This document shows, one piece after another, positions 10,075 through 21,879 of a DNA stretch of 43,640 bases. The position numbers and the translations under genes were made by a program. Positions within the stretch are counted from its first letter, which is position 1; each line of letters opens with the position of its first letter. This DNA comes from Callorhinchus milii. Taxonomy: Eukaryota. The stretch spans positions 1 through 43,640 of the forward strand of contig NW_024705447.1 in assembly GCF_018977255.1 (NCBI RefSeq), given 5' to 3'. The notes beneath the pieces were generated by a model that did not search any database, was not told the DNA's origin, and was given only the letters and a program-made list of their open reading frames with translations.

Positions 10075-10924
10075 TGGTTGGAGAGCACAGTAATACACAG
10101 CGCTGTCAGACAGCTCCAACAGGGAGATGGTTAAACTGCTAAATTTTGTCGAGATTTGGAGCTCAATAGAGAACCGCTTTTTAGCAAAATCTGCTTTATA
10201 TGTACTACCACCGGAATGCTGTTGAAGCACATACTGTGGTTGTGTTTCTTGTTTTTCTCGATACCAGTTTAAATAGTAGTTGCTCAGAGACGTATCATAA
10301 TGACATTCCATGGTCACACTTCCTCCTTCTTTCCCAATCACTGAAGCCACCTTCTGTGTCACAGAGTCTCCCTGGGTCAGGCCTGAAAGACAAGAGTGTG
10401 GAGTCCTGTAGCTCAGTGGTTAGAGCGCTCGCCTCGCAAGTGAGAGGACCCGGGTTCCATTTCCGGACAGGACAGGGCACAACCTTAGGTAAATTTCCTT
10501 AACACACACAACTCTAGTTCCCCAAAAGTATGTAGAACACTGATTGTTAGTCAATAAGCAGATGGCTTTCCGCGGATAATAACCCGGTCAAAAAGAAAAT
10601 AAAACACTTTAAAATGTGGTCATATAATCCATGGTTATTTGGGGAAAACTCCCAATTGGCTTCCGCATTTCTCCCAAAAACCGTTAAGTCACTACTATTT
10701 ACAGTATAGTCAATGAAGCGATTTGAGCCGTCTTCAATTCATATTGAAACCCAATACCAGATGCGAAAACTATTATTATTATGATTAGTAAAACGAGGCA
10801 GAAAAGAGAAACCGATACAACGAAATGAGTTTTATAATTGATTGAACGTTTACTGTTGTTACACGAGATTACCTAATAAAATGGCAGACAGAGCCACAAA
10901 CACACAGGATACTTCCTTCCCCAT
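10075..10924 (-). CDS. TRA/TRD V segment 'V4' (family B), intact; leader 10924-10873, V exon 10382-10075
   Basis: MGKEVSCVFVALSAILL-GLTQGDSVTQK...MECHYDTSLSNYYLNWYREKQ...DSAVYYCALQP. RSS CACAGTG (10074-10068) + 23 + TCAAAAACT (10044-10036). Confidence 0.92.
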
Positions 10925-11090
10925 CACTCTCTCCGCAGCTGCGCTAATTTGCTGGTAATATATTGCTGTTGATCTGCCATGTACAACTCTGTTGCGGATG
11001 ACAATTGATCGCTATGAACCCACTTCCTAAACAAATGACGTCGACATCATCCGGTCAATGTGGGAGGGCAGGTAATGTGTCACAGTTTAA

Positions 11091-11412
11091 TAATAATAAT
11101 AATCCTTGCATTTCACGTAGTGCTTTTCACGTCGGGAGGACGTTCCAAAGCGCTTCACAGAACACACTGTAAAGTGAATTGACTGCATATTTTTTGGGCG
11201 AACGCGGCAGCCAATTGCGCACAGCAATGTCCCACAAACAGTTGTAGATTGAAAAGTGCCAATTTATTATTGTTTTGTTTTTTGGAGGGATGATTATTAG
11301 GCTCTGTGTGGAGTAAGGAAACTTGCCCAAGGTTTCGCCCTCTGCTTGGAAATGAACTCAGGTCTCTCACTTGCAAAGCGAGTGCTCTAACCACTGAGCT
11401 ACAGGACTCCAC
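11091..11412 (-). mobile_element. Young tRNA-derived SINE, full length
   Basis: Head GTGGAGTCCTGTAGCTCAGTGGTTAGAGCAC...GAGTTCA (Pol III A/B-box-like), shared body, (TTA)n tail. Near-identical to four other copies in the window. Confidence 0.9.
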
Positions 11413-11419
11413 CTCTGTT

Positions 11420-11990
11420 TGTTGTCTGGTCGCAGGGGGGAGGGGGAGAGTGAGTCTCTTTCTAGGCAAATCAATTTGGTGACAGTCTTGGCAGCAAAAT
11501 GTGGAGCAGATTTGCAGGTTTCCAGGATATCACAAAGGTGTGATGGGACAATGCCATTGAGATATTTAATGGTTATGGTAATTATCTTGAACTGCAAGTC
11601 TAACCAAAAAATCTGCAAATCCATCCCGCTGTCCCTCCGCCTCGCACCCTTCCTTGCCTCCTTCAAGACCCATAGAAAGACCCCACTCATCGACCGTGCT
11701 TTCGATCACCCCACCTGCCCTCAAAACTCCCCAATCCCGACCCCAGTTCGGGTCAAAAACTCTGACTGTTCTGCGCCCTGGAACTTCTTTCCGACGTGAA
11801 AATCTCTCTTCAAATGGAATATTGTGGTTGTTGTTCAGCTCGAACTTCCCGAGATTGGGAGCCAGTGGGTATTGGCTGGTAGATTATACTGTGGAATCGT
11901 GTGTGGGAAAAGCACAGTATACAGATTTCTGGATATCTAGCAATGTGTGAAAGGAAGAGGCGTGTTATACTGTGAGCAGACAGTTGAGAT
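11420..11990. mobile_element. Rearranged L2 LINE 3' fragments (minus 11420-11610, plus 11620-11790, minus 11800-11990)
   Basis: Translations resemble the L2 ORF2 end (LQFKIITITIKYLNGIVPSHLCDIL; SIPLSLRLAPFLASFKTH; YLNCLL...IQKS). A paralogous block lies at ~22900-23600. Confidence 0.6.
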
Positions 11991-11994
11991 AACT

Positions 11995-12062
11995 CACTAT
12001 GTCTCCTTCTTGTTTGCTCAGCACTGCTATCTGTTGTCTGACTGAATCTCCCAGCACCGCAT
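11995..12062 (-). pseudogene. Truncated V 'V5' (family C): FR1 fragment only, leader deleted
   Basis: Acceptor at 12064-12063, then DAVLGDSVRQQIAVLSKQEGDIV, closely similar to V2, running into L2 sequence. The intron matches the V2 intron but the leader-bearing stretch is missing. Confidence 0.8.
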
Positions 12063-13141
12063 CTGTAACGGGAGAAAAGCATAAATAATCAAACATGGCT
12101 CTATCGTAGTCCTGTAGCTCAGTCGTTTGTGCAATCTCCACACAGGCGTTAGGATCCTGGTTCGATTCCTTGGCAGGACAGGGAGAAAGTTTGACAAGAT
12201 TCCTTACGGCACACACACGCCTTTGTTTACCGAGCAATAAGTAGGAATTCAGTCCTTAGTCGATTGGTGGATGACACTTCGGGGAGAGTAATGGCCACAA
12301 AATGTGTGGGCACTGAATCCACGACTCTTTGTGGTTTAACTGCTGTGCGAATTTGGATGCCCCGTTTCGCCCACCGAACACACAGTCACTACACTATCCA
12401 GTATATTCTATGAAGTGATTCGAGACGTCTGGAAGAGGAGTAAAGGTGTGTGCAAATGCAAAGAGTAATATCAGTATTATGTTTCCGTTACTAATAATTT
12501 GTCTCCTAACCCCAGGTCTCGAGGCAACACCAGTAATTTAAGCACAAGCACTACCAACCCGGACAATCAATTCGTGTTTCAAGATATCGCCAAATGTTTC
12601 GAATCACTCCGTGGTATATTTAACATCCAGATGAACAATTGAGTGACCAACATTATTTTTTGAGGCATTAGAAGCGATCCAGAGCTTGATTTATAATCGA
12701 GTTCTTCTCTGTAGCTGAGTAAACAGATGCGTGTTTCTGCAGTAGGGAAACCTGCCTAGGGTTTCATCCAGCCAGGATTGAACCCGGGTCCTTTCTTTTG
12801 TGAGGCGACAGTAATCTATCTGAGCAATCTAATAAAACAAACGATCCACGATTTGTTTTTAATTTATTTGAAACCGAATTAAATCAATAGCAACTAACCC
12901 AAGCCTAACTTGTTCATTTATTACTGTCTGCCTGCAGAGTGACATATCATGTGAATATTCAGCTGAAAATTTGATGTGAGGTGATTGTTGTTTCCTCTGA
13001 GTCTCGATACCGACATGTCTGCTCCCCGGAGGGCCTCAAGGCCTGACCAAGTTTCCGCACACACTTCAACGGATAGATCATTCCTATGTACAAAGTGAAG
13101 GCAGTTTTTGTACGAGACTTGCAGTGCAGTCTATCACTCTG

Positions 13142-14149
13142 GTGAGACTAAAGGCACAGTAATACACAGCGCCGTCAGACACCACCAGCTCAGAGATGGA
13201 TTAACTGGTGTATGAGTTGGATTTGTGCAGCTGAGCAGAGAAACGATTTCCGAATCCTGTTCCTGTTTGTTGACTTTCACTCCAAGAATTTCTCCGAACT
13301 ATAAACTCTGGCTGTTTGTCTGGGGAATGACGATACCAGAAGAGATAGTAATCGCTTGAGGCAGTGGAATAGAAAGAATCAAAAGTCACAGTATCTCCTT
13401 CTTTGTTAAACATCGAGGATGTTTTCTGACTGACTGAATCCCCATCACAAATACTTGTAATAAACATGGAAAAGCACGACAAGATATTATTTAATATTTG
13501 CTTGAATTATTGTAAAGCGCATTGGGACCTCCTGCCAACGTGAAAGGTTCTATTCTCATGGCATTTATGAATAGTTAAACAGCAATAATCAGTGTATGTT
13601 ATGGTGCAGCTTATCGCATCATTGGGACATCTCAAAGCGCTGAACATAGCATAACATAATGTGAAATCAAATGAGTATTTTGCGGACGAAACTTAGCCGC
13701 CAGTTCAGCACAAAAAGCCTGACACACGGACGTGGAAAGTGTTACTCATTTATTATTACTTTTTGTAGAAGGGGTTATTATCCTCGCAAAAGAAACGCGA
13801 ATGCAACAACCATTTTAGAGGAGAAACTACTATTATTTGGGTTATTATCCTCTGTGTTCAACTGGGAGACAAATTAAGTGGATTATTACTTACTGCTGGG
13901 AAAACAGAGATATGGTGTGTGTGTCTGTGAGTGGAGAAAGAAAAATTGCCAAAGTTTTAACCCTGCCTGGGAATCCAACCCAGGTCCTCTCGCTTGTGAG
14001 GCGAGTGCTCTAACCATCGATTTACAGGTTTCCTTTCACCAGTTGTTGTTGAAATGGAGCTGACCATCAGCAGCAACACTGAATTCGCTCAACACCACCT
14101 CATCTGACATAAAGGTTCCCAGCACCAGACAGACAGCAAACAGCCTCAT
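13142..14149 (-). pseudogene. V 'V6' (family A) pseudogene
   Basis: In-frame TAA (13203-13201), Cys23>Ser, acceptor AG>AA (13456-13455), leader donor GT>AT after 14104, and heptamer CAGAGTG (13141-13135). Nonamer 13111-13103 intact. Confidence 0.93.
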
Positions 14150-14580
14150 TGCTGCTCTTCAGTCTGTGTGGTTGTGTCTGTGCCATCAGTTTGCTGATAA
14201 CCCGCAGTGATTGTCGGCATTGGCGAAGCCGCAGTATCACATCACCTCATTGGCATCACAGCCGCGTTTCAATACAACAACCAATTGCTTTTATTAAGCG
14301 GTTTTCCCAGTCATTGTGGGCTGGGAATACTCCCACACAGCTCCTGTTAACACGGCAATATTTAAAGGACGAGAAATATGTCCAGGGGATGATTTGGAAA
14401 ATTCTTTCACTCTTCTCAAGTAATATTGGCATAATGTAGGACCGTTATCTGACGTTAATTTTTCAATGCGTGACATTCAAGAAAGACTTTGCTTTCGTTT
14501 CTTGCTGGAAGCGTAAAGAGTAAATTGAAATGTCTTTGAAATCGTGCCATATTATTTTTGACGTCCACAACAAGAGAAAG

Positions 14581-14730
14581 ACTGTTTGTGGGACATTGCT
14601 GTGCGCAATTGGCACCCGCGTTCGCCCACAAATATACAGTTAATTCACTTTACAGTGTGTTCTGTGAAGCGCTTTGGGACGTCCTTCCGACGTGAAAAGC
14701 GCTATATCAAATTCAAGGATTATTATTATT
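14581..14730 (+). mobile_element. 5'-truncated young SINE (body and tail)
   Basis: actgtttgtgggacattgc...gacgtgaaaagcgctatatcaaattcaaggattattattatt. Confidence 0.85.
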
Positions 14731-15150
14731 AAAGACCAAATATAGGGCTAATATTAATAATATTAATCGTTGCGTTTGATACATTGCATCACCACGACTT
14801 CCAGACGTTTCCACGCGCTTCTGAGAATATACGGTAAAATTAGTTGACTGTAGGTTTCGTGGTCAAAATGCGGCAACCTGTTGTTCACAGCAGTATCCTG
14901 TAAACAGTCGTGGATTGAGTGATCAAACGTTATCATTATCATTATTATTATTTCGAAGACATATTTTCGCCTCGAAACGCGATCTGTCCATCAGTAGGAC
15001 GGATACTGAAATCTTGTTAATTTTCACCTCGATTTCAAAAAAAATATTTTCGCACGTTTTATGCTGATTATGTATTAAATATATTAAATCTCAAATTTAG
15101 TTGGCAAAGATGTTTCACATATATGATGAGTGGAAAAATATTAGAAATTT

Positions 15151-15165
15151 GCCGCCATCTATTGG
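15151..15165 (-). promoter_or_regulatory. CTCF-like motif CCAATAGATGGCGGC (related CCAATAGATGTCGCT at 5581-5595)
   Basis: Close to the CTCF core; same orientation as the 33288 site. Confidence 0.45.
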
Positions 15166-15309
15166 ATAATACCGAACTGTTTTGCTTTGCTTCAAATTTC
15201 ATGCACAAATTCAGTTAAAGGCATGATCAAAATAAAAAATAGAGTTACATGTGTAAATCGCCTTTCGCGCTCTGTGGTGGACCCAAGGCGCTGAATGTTC
15301 GTGGATTAG

Positions 15310-15800
15310 GGACGAAGCGCGGGGAATGAGGTCGTGAACGGGTGGGGGATGGTGGTTGTTGGGTTCAGAGATAATGGAGCACAGAGAAGTAGGAGTGTAG
15401 CCGGAGTCAAGGCCGAAGCGGAGGGTCTTTACGCATGCCTTGAAGGAAGCAACAGAGGAAGCGTGGCGATGGAAATGTGGGATGGAGCTCCAGAAGCTAG
15501 GAGCAGAGAGGCTTCAAGCCCGACCACCGATGTTAATGCAGGCCATGCCAATGACCTGGACCTGGCAATATGGAGGGAGTGGACAGTTTGATGTGTGTTT
15601 AGCAGGTTGGAGAGGTAGGTAGAGCAAGGCCATGGGGAACTTGAAAGTGAGGACAAGACTTTGGAACTCAATCTGTTGACGGATGGAGAGCGAGTGGTGT
15701 CGGGAGAGGGGGATTGCGATGCCGTCACGGACCCTGGTGCGGGAGAGGTGAGATTGAAATATTAAACTCACAAGTTGCATGTTGGCTGCACAGAACAGCT
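15310..15800 (-). mobile_element. Degenerate L2 LINE 3' fragment
   Basis: Minus translation ...HSLSIRQQIEFQSLVLTFK..., resembling the L2 LHWLPxxQRIxFKILxLxFK motif. Confidence 0.6.
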
Positions 15801-16384
15801 CACCTGTGGAATTCAAATCAACTATCAAATTGTGTGCAAATTTAATCTGTCAGTACCTTTAACAGAGCCAAAACACTTCGTTTACCAAAGAGTAAGATGT
15901 ATTCAAGCAACACTGCTGCAGGCACAACATCAAGCAAAACGCATTCCATCTGTTAGTACGTCTAACAAACAGCAACAACATATCACAATAATAATAATCT
16001 GTGCAATTGCTATAGCACCATATCGTGGCACTGTGATGCAATTGAAGCGCTCTGAAACGCCACTCCGGCTTGAAGCGCGCTATATAAATGCAAATTGTTG
16101 TTTTTGTCGTCGTCTCAAAGCGCTCCAAAGAACATACAGCAAAGGAATTGACTGCATAATTTGATGCCGAAATGGATACAAGAATTTATCAGAGTAGGAT
16201 TTAGTGTTTGAGCGGCGGAACTTAAACATCTATGACGGCAAGTGAGAGCGAGGTATGTACTGCACTCTGAGCCTCAAGTGTTGTAATCCACTGGAAACCA
16301 CAACGCATTATCATTTGCAGGAATTTACTCAGCGTTAACACTGGCAGTTGTACATTATTGGGTTTGCATTCTTTTTACCTAGCA

Positions 16385-16800
16385 GAAACAACAACAACAA
16401 CGACAAAAAGATTCCATTTAAAGAGCGCTTTTCACGTCGGGAGGACGTCCCTCGGCGCTGTACAGTTGGGTCAGGACCCGAGCAAGTGGGAAATGGTCAT
16501 GGTGAGCTGAGGGAAGGGAGGGAGCGAGTGGGACTTACAGAGTCGAGAGGGGAGCTGAAGGTACGGTCAAAGGGAAAGGTCTTGAGACCGGCCTTGAGGG
16601 ACGAAAGGGAGGAAGCGGCGAAGGCACTGGGGGATAGAGTTCCAGAGCCTCGGGGCTGAGAGGCTGAAGACCCGACCACCGAAGGTAGGGCGGTTGGGGC
16701 GGGGGATGTGGAGCAGACCGGAGCCAGAGGAACGGACGGTACGGGCAGGTAGGTAGGGGGGTAGTAGGGCGGAGAGTTAGGAGGGAGCAAGGCCGTGAAA
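16385..16800 (-). mobile_element. Relatively young L2 LINE 3' end
   Basis: Minus strand reads GGRVFSLSAPRLWNS... and, in a shifted frame, SSLSSLKAGLKTFPFDR. The terminal sequence GGGACGTCCTCCCGACGTGAAAAGCGCT is shared with the SINE tail. Confidence 0.8.
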
Positions 16801-16876
16801 AAAATAGAAAGCTGGAACCCAGTTGTTAGTCGATTGTCGAATCGCTTTCCGGGGGTAAAAATCACTCCAAAATCGT

Positions 16877-17212
16877 AATAATAACAATAATAATAATAAT
16901 AATAATCCTTGCATTTGATACAGCGCCTTTCACGTCGGGAGGACGTCCCAAAGCGCTTCACAGAACACACTGTAAAGTGAATTGACTGTATATTTGTGGG
17001 CGAACGCGGCAGCCAATTGCGCACAGCAATGTCCCACAAACAGTCGTAGATTCACAATGACCAATTTATTATTGTTTTGGTTTTGGAGGGATTATTATTA
17101 GGGCTCTGTGTGGAGTAAGGAAACTTGCCCAAGGTTTCGCTCTGTCTGGAATTGAACTCAGGTCTCTCACTTGCAAAGCGAGTGCTCTAACCACTGAGCT
17201 ACAGGACTCCAC
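16877..17212 (-). mobile_element. Young tRNA-derived SINE, full length
   Basis: Same head, body and tail as 11091-11412. Confidence 0.9.
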
Positions 17213-17218
17213 AAAGCT

Positions 17219-17747
17219 GCGGGCTGAGCTGGGCTGGGGGCTGAGCTGGGCTGGGGCTGAGCTGGGGGCTGAGCTGGGGGCTGGGTTGGGGGCTGAGCTG
17301 GGGCTGAGCTGGGCTGGGGGCTGAGCTGGGGGCTGGTTGGTGGCTGAGCTGGGGCTGAGCTGGGCTGGGGGCTGAGCTGGGGGCTGAGCTGGGGGCTGGG
17401 TTGGGGGCTGAGCTGGGGGCTGAGCTGGGGGCTGGGTTGGGGGCTGAGCTGGGGGCTGGGTTGGGGGCTGAGCTGGGGGCTGAGCTGGGCTGGGGGCTGA
17501 GCTGGGGGCTGGGTTGGGCTGAGCTGGGGGCTGAGCTGGGCTGGGGGCTGAGCTGGGGGCTGAGCTGGGGCTGGGTTGGGGGCTGACCTGGGGGCTGAGC
17601 TGGAGGCTGGGGGGGCTGAGCTGGGGGCTGAGCTGGAGGCTGGGTTGGGGGCTGAGCTGGGGCTGATCTGGGGGCTGGGCTGGGGCTGAGCTGGGGGCTG
17701 TGCTGGGGGTTGGGCTGAGGACTGGGCTGGGGGCTGAGCTGAGGGCT
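17219..17747 (+). repeat. G-rich minisatellite built from GAGCT/GGGCT/GGGTT pentamers (Ig-switch-like)
   Basis: Irregular 10-12-bp units such as GGGGCTGAGCTG; about 27 GAGCT by hand count. The Pro/Gln/Ser ORF across it is a repeat artefact. Confidence 0.95.
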
Positions 17748-17897
17748 GTCACTTAATCCACGACCGTTTGTGAAATACTGCTGTGCACAATTGGCAGTTC
17801 CGAGAAGACTTCCAGTAAACAGACTGCTCGCCTCAGCGCCAACTCACAAAGCTCAGAGAATTATTGTTCGAGGCTGTGACTGGTTTCCATCACTGTG

Positions 17898-18714
17898 GTG
17901 CTGACTGCACAGTAATACACAGCGGAGCCAGACAGCTGTAATTGGGAGATGGTTATTTTGCTGCATTTACTGGGGATCTGCAGCTCATCCGAGAAACGAA
18001 TTGTAGCAAAATTCGCTTTATGGCCTGGGTAACCTTTGCAGCTCTGCAGTATATATTCGGATTATTTCTCTGAGAGTTGTCGGTACCAGTGTAAACAATA
18101 GCTGCTCAATGATGTAGTATAATTACTGTCCGAAATCAGCTCTCCTCCTTCTGTCTCTGTCCCTGATTGAGTAACCGAACCTCCGCGGCTCAGTCCTGAA
18201 ACACAAGTGTGAAACAGAAGTAATAATGAACACATTTGATAAATAAATAGCCTCAGAATTTCTACAGCAACTTATCGAATCGTCAAGACGTCTGATGGCG
18301 CATCACGGAATATACTGTAAGGTGTGGTGACTGTGTGTTTTGTGTGCGAAACGCGGCAGCCATTTGTGTACAGCTGTATCCCGCAAACAGTCGTGGCTTA
18401 AGCAACTTGTTCTGAGTAATATTTTATTGGAAGGAATCAATATGCCCGAGAAGATTGTCCACTAATTGAATGACAACCAGATTCCTTCGTGCGGTTCGTG
18501 GAGAAAGGAAACCCGCCCAATATTTCTCCCTGCCGGGCATCGAAACAAGGTCTCTCGCTTGCGAGGGTGAGGGCTCTAACCACTGAGCTGCAAGACTCCA
18601 CTAACGAAAGAAATGCAATGAATGCTGAAAATTGTCTGAAACACTGGCGATTTCGCTTAATTAATCACCTATTAGAAAAGCAGCCAGAGCCGCCCAGATC
18701 ATAACTCCCCGCAT
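17898..18714 (-). pseudogene. V 'V7' (B-related) pseudogene; leader 18714-18669, V exon 18195-17898
   Basis: MRGVMIWAALAAFLI-GLSRGGSVTQ...SDSNY (Cys23>Ser)...WYRQLSEK* (TAA 18064-18062)...YYCAVS. RSS CACAGTG (17897-17891) + 23 + ACAATAATT. Missed by the ORF track. Confidence 0.88.
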
Positions 18715-20096
18715 CGTCTGAGATCGATCTGCAGATGCCCATTAATTACCTGAAAGATATTGGAGGTGTTTGGATCCAGACCCCGCAGAGTTGACGTGTG
18801 ATGCCAATTAAGTCGTCCAAGTTAATCTGCGAAATATACATGTTATCAGAAACAATTTCCAATGAATTATTTTTATTTGAAGAGAAACGTAGAGTGGTGG
18901 ATTCTCGGAGAGCAGAAAGAAGCCATTCGGCCAATCGTGCCAGTGCTGTGCAGTCAATCTTTTACGAGGCAAAAAGTTCCTTAAAAATAAACGATAATTG
19001 TGTCTCTTAAACGACTACTTTTTGTGGGACACTGCTGTGCGTCATTGGCTGATGCGTTTCGCCCATAATATATCCTGCGAATTCACTTTGCGATATCAAA
19101 TGCAACGATAAATTGCTTAACGCATATGCTCATTGTTATTAATACTTAAACTTATCTTTCCGATCTGACCCATGCAGATGATGTGAAAGCGCAAACAAGT
19201 CAATTCAACTCGCCCACTCTTTCCCCATAGCCCTGTAATAGTTTTTTTCTTTGTAACTAATTGTACAATTACCTTGTGAATACGAAGCCATCGAATCTGG
19301 TTCAAAAACCCTATCAGGCAGTGCATTCAGAACCGTAACACGACTCTGTGTTAAATATAGTCTCATTGTCTCCCCCCATTATAATCGCTTAAAACACGGT
19401 TTAAAACGGTGGTCTTGAAATGGAGGCGAGAGGACCGAGAAATTTTATTAGATGCATTAGATCCTCTTCCACCTTTAAAAGCTACCAAGGTCTCTACCGC
19501 CCACCCTCAGCGAATTGCACAAATATTACCCACCCGGACAGTGACATCCCTCTGTCAGGATATTGCTGTTGTTTCGAGCCGTTCCGTGGGATCTTTATTA
19601 TCCAACTGAACATTCAAGGTTTGAGTAATCAACATTAATTTGGAGGGATTATCACCCATTGGAAAAGCGACTGTTGATCGATTTACAATCGGGTCCTTAC
19701 TCACTGTTCTGTAAACAGAAGCCCGTGTGAGGAGTGATGAAACTTGCCAAAGGCTTCACTACGCTCGGGATCGAAACCGGGTCCTCCAGTTTGAGAGTCG
19801 AGAATTATTTCCACTCCGCCACAGGGTTCCGTTTAAGTAATAAAACAAAAGAAACATGATTTGTTTTATTACATTGACAGACCAAAGTAAATCAATAGCA
19901 ACTGGACGTGCAATACATAACTCAAGCATTCATTGTGTTCTGAATTTATTGTAACATATAACGGTGTGAACCTTTAACTGACAAGTTGGTGCGAGGTTAA
20001 TGTGGTTTCATCTCAGACTGGTTACAGACAGATCATCCCTATGTACAAAGTGAAGGCAGTTTTTGTACGAGACTTGCAGTGCAGTCTATCACTGTG

Positions 20097-21075
20097 GTGA
20101 GACTAAAGGCACAGTAATACACAGCGCTATCAGACACCACCAGCTCAGAGATCGATAAACTGGTGGTAGAATTGGATGTCTGTAGCTGAGCAGAGAAACG
20201 ATTTCCAAACCCTGTTCCTTTTCCTTGATTATCCCCAGAATATCTCCAAATTATAAACTCCGGCTGTTTGTCTGGGTAATGTCGGTACCAATAGAGAGAG
20301 TAATAGCTTTCAGTCGTGGAATAAGTACATTGCAAAATCAAAATTTCGCCTTCTTTCTTAACCATCGTGGCAGCTTTCTGACTGACGGAATCACCAGCAC
20401 AGAGGTCTGCAATAAAGATGGAAGAGCACAAAATTATATTAATCACTCGTTGCCTCAATTACATTTTGAGCGCATTTTAATATCCTCCCGTCGAGAAATG
20501 CGCTTTGCATACGTCCTTTGTTAACCATGAATTAATAATAATCAAAGTATTTTATAAAAAGCATTATCACTTTGTTGAGAGGTCTGGATGTTCTTCACGG
20601 AATTTGTTCTCGAGTTATGCTGTGTATTTTTGTGGGCGAAAAGGGACATCCAATTTAGCACAGCATTGCCTAAAATAACATTCCTCGAATACACTACCAA
20701 ACAATTTTTAAAAACGGATTATTTTCCATGGAAATAGATCAGACACACCATTAAAAACGTTTCAATTTAATTAATATTTAGAGGGAATATTAACTCGAAT
20801 TACGGAGCAACGGGACTCCAACTTGCAGCTGGGTAAACAGAGGCGTGTGTGTGCTTATGGAGTAAGAAAACCATCTTAACTATTCACCATGCCCGGGCAT
20901 CGAGACCAGTTCCTATCGTTTGCGAGGCGAGAGCTCACACCACTGAACTACAGGTTACCGTCCACAAATTGATGCTGAAGAAGTGCTGACCATCATCACC
21001 AAAACTGAATTAGCTCAACAGGGCCTCACCTGACATGAAGGTTCCCAGCACCAGACAGACAGCAAACAGCCTCAT
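20097..21075 (-). CDS. TRA/TRD V segment 'V8' (family A), intact; leader 21075-21030, V exon 20406-20097
   Basis: MRLFAVCLVLGTFMS-DLCAGDSVSQK...LQCTYSTTESYYSLYWYRHYPDKQPEF...YYCAFSLT. RSS CACAGTG (20096-20090) + 23 + ACAAAAACT (20066-20058). Confidence 0.93.
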
Positions 21076-21879
21076 TGCTGCTCTTCAGTCTGTGTGGCTG
21101 TGTCTGTGCCATCAGTTTGCTGATAACCCGCAGTAATTATCGGCATTGGCGGAGCCACAGTCTCACGTCACCTCATTGGCATCTCAGCCGCGTTTCAATA
21201 CAACAACCAATTGCTTTTATACCGCGGTTTTCACCAGTCACTGGAGGCAGGGAATCCTCCATTCATCTGCTGTTAACCCTACAGGCCATAGCCCTAACAA
21301 GCAAAGTGATCATCAAAATAATATAACATTAACCGTTTCATTTGATGTAGCATATTATCACATTTTCTATTCGACGGAAAGCGATTCACATAATCTATTA
21401 TATAGTGTAGAAACTTTGTATTTTGTGCGCGAAACGAGGCAGACGATTGCGCACAGCAGTGCAACATAAAAAGTCGTGGATTGACTGACCAAATTGTTTC
21501 CCATTATTATTCTTTTGAGGGAATTATTACCGGCGGAAAAGCAATCCGCCAGTCAGGTTCATATCTACTGCTCGCTAAACGACGGTTTGGGCAGTAAGGA
21601 AAGTTGCCCAACATTTCGCCCTATCGGGAATCGAACACCTGTCCCTCGCATGCGAGATATGTGCTCTAACCACGGTTATTGCATGATCAGTTGAGTTCGT
21701 TGGATCATTGAGTTTTTTGTGTGAGAGTCAGATGAGCCGTCAATGTAATGTTCTGTTTGTGTCTCTATCTGGTTTCCTTTCCCACAGTAAATCGCTGCTG
21801 CGGCCAAGAGAGACAGAAGCACAAACCCACTAAACGTTGTTAATTTTGTACGAGTCTCTGTCTTGTTCCCATCACTGTG

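Noticed and set aside
11091-11412. tRNA gene call for the GTAGCTCAGTGGTTAGAGC heads; CRISPR-like or other repeat-array call
   Set aside because: Heads continue into a shared SINE body and LINE-derived tail and are dispersed; there is no repeat-spacer periodicity and the DNA is eukaryotic
17069-17752. 227-aa Pro/Gln/Ser-rich ORF
   Set aside because: Translation of the G-rich minisatellite running into a SINE; no gene signals
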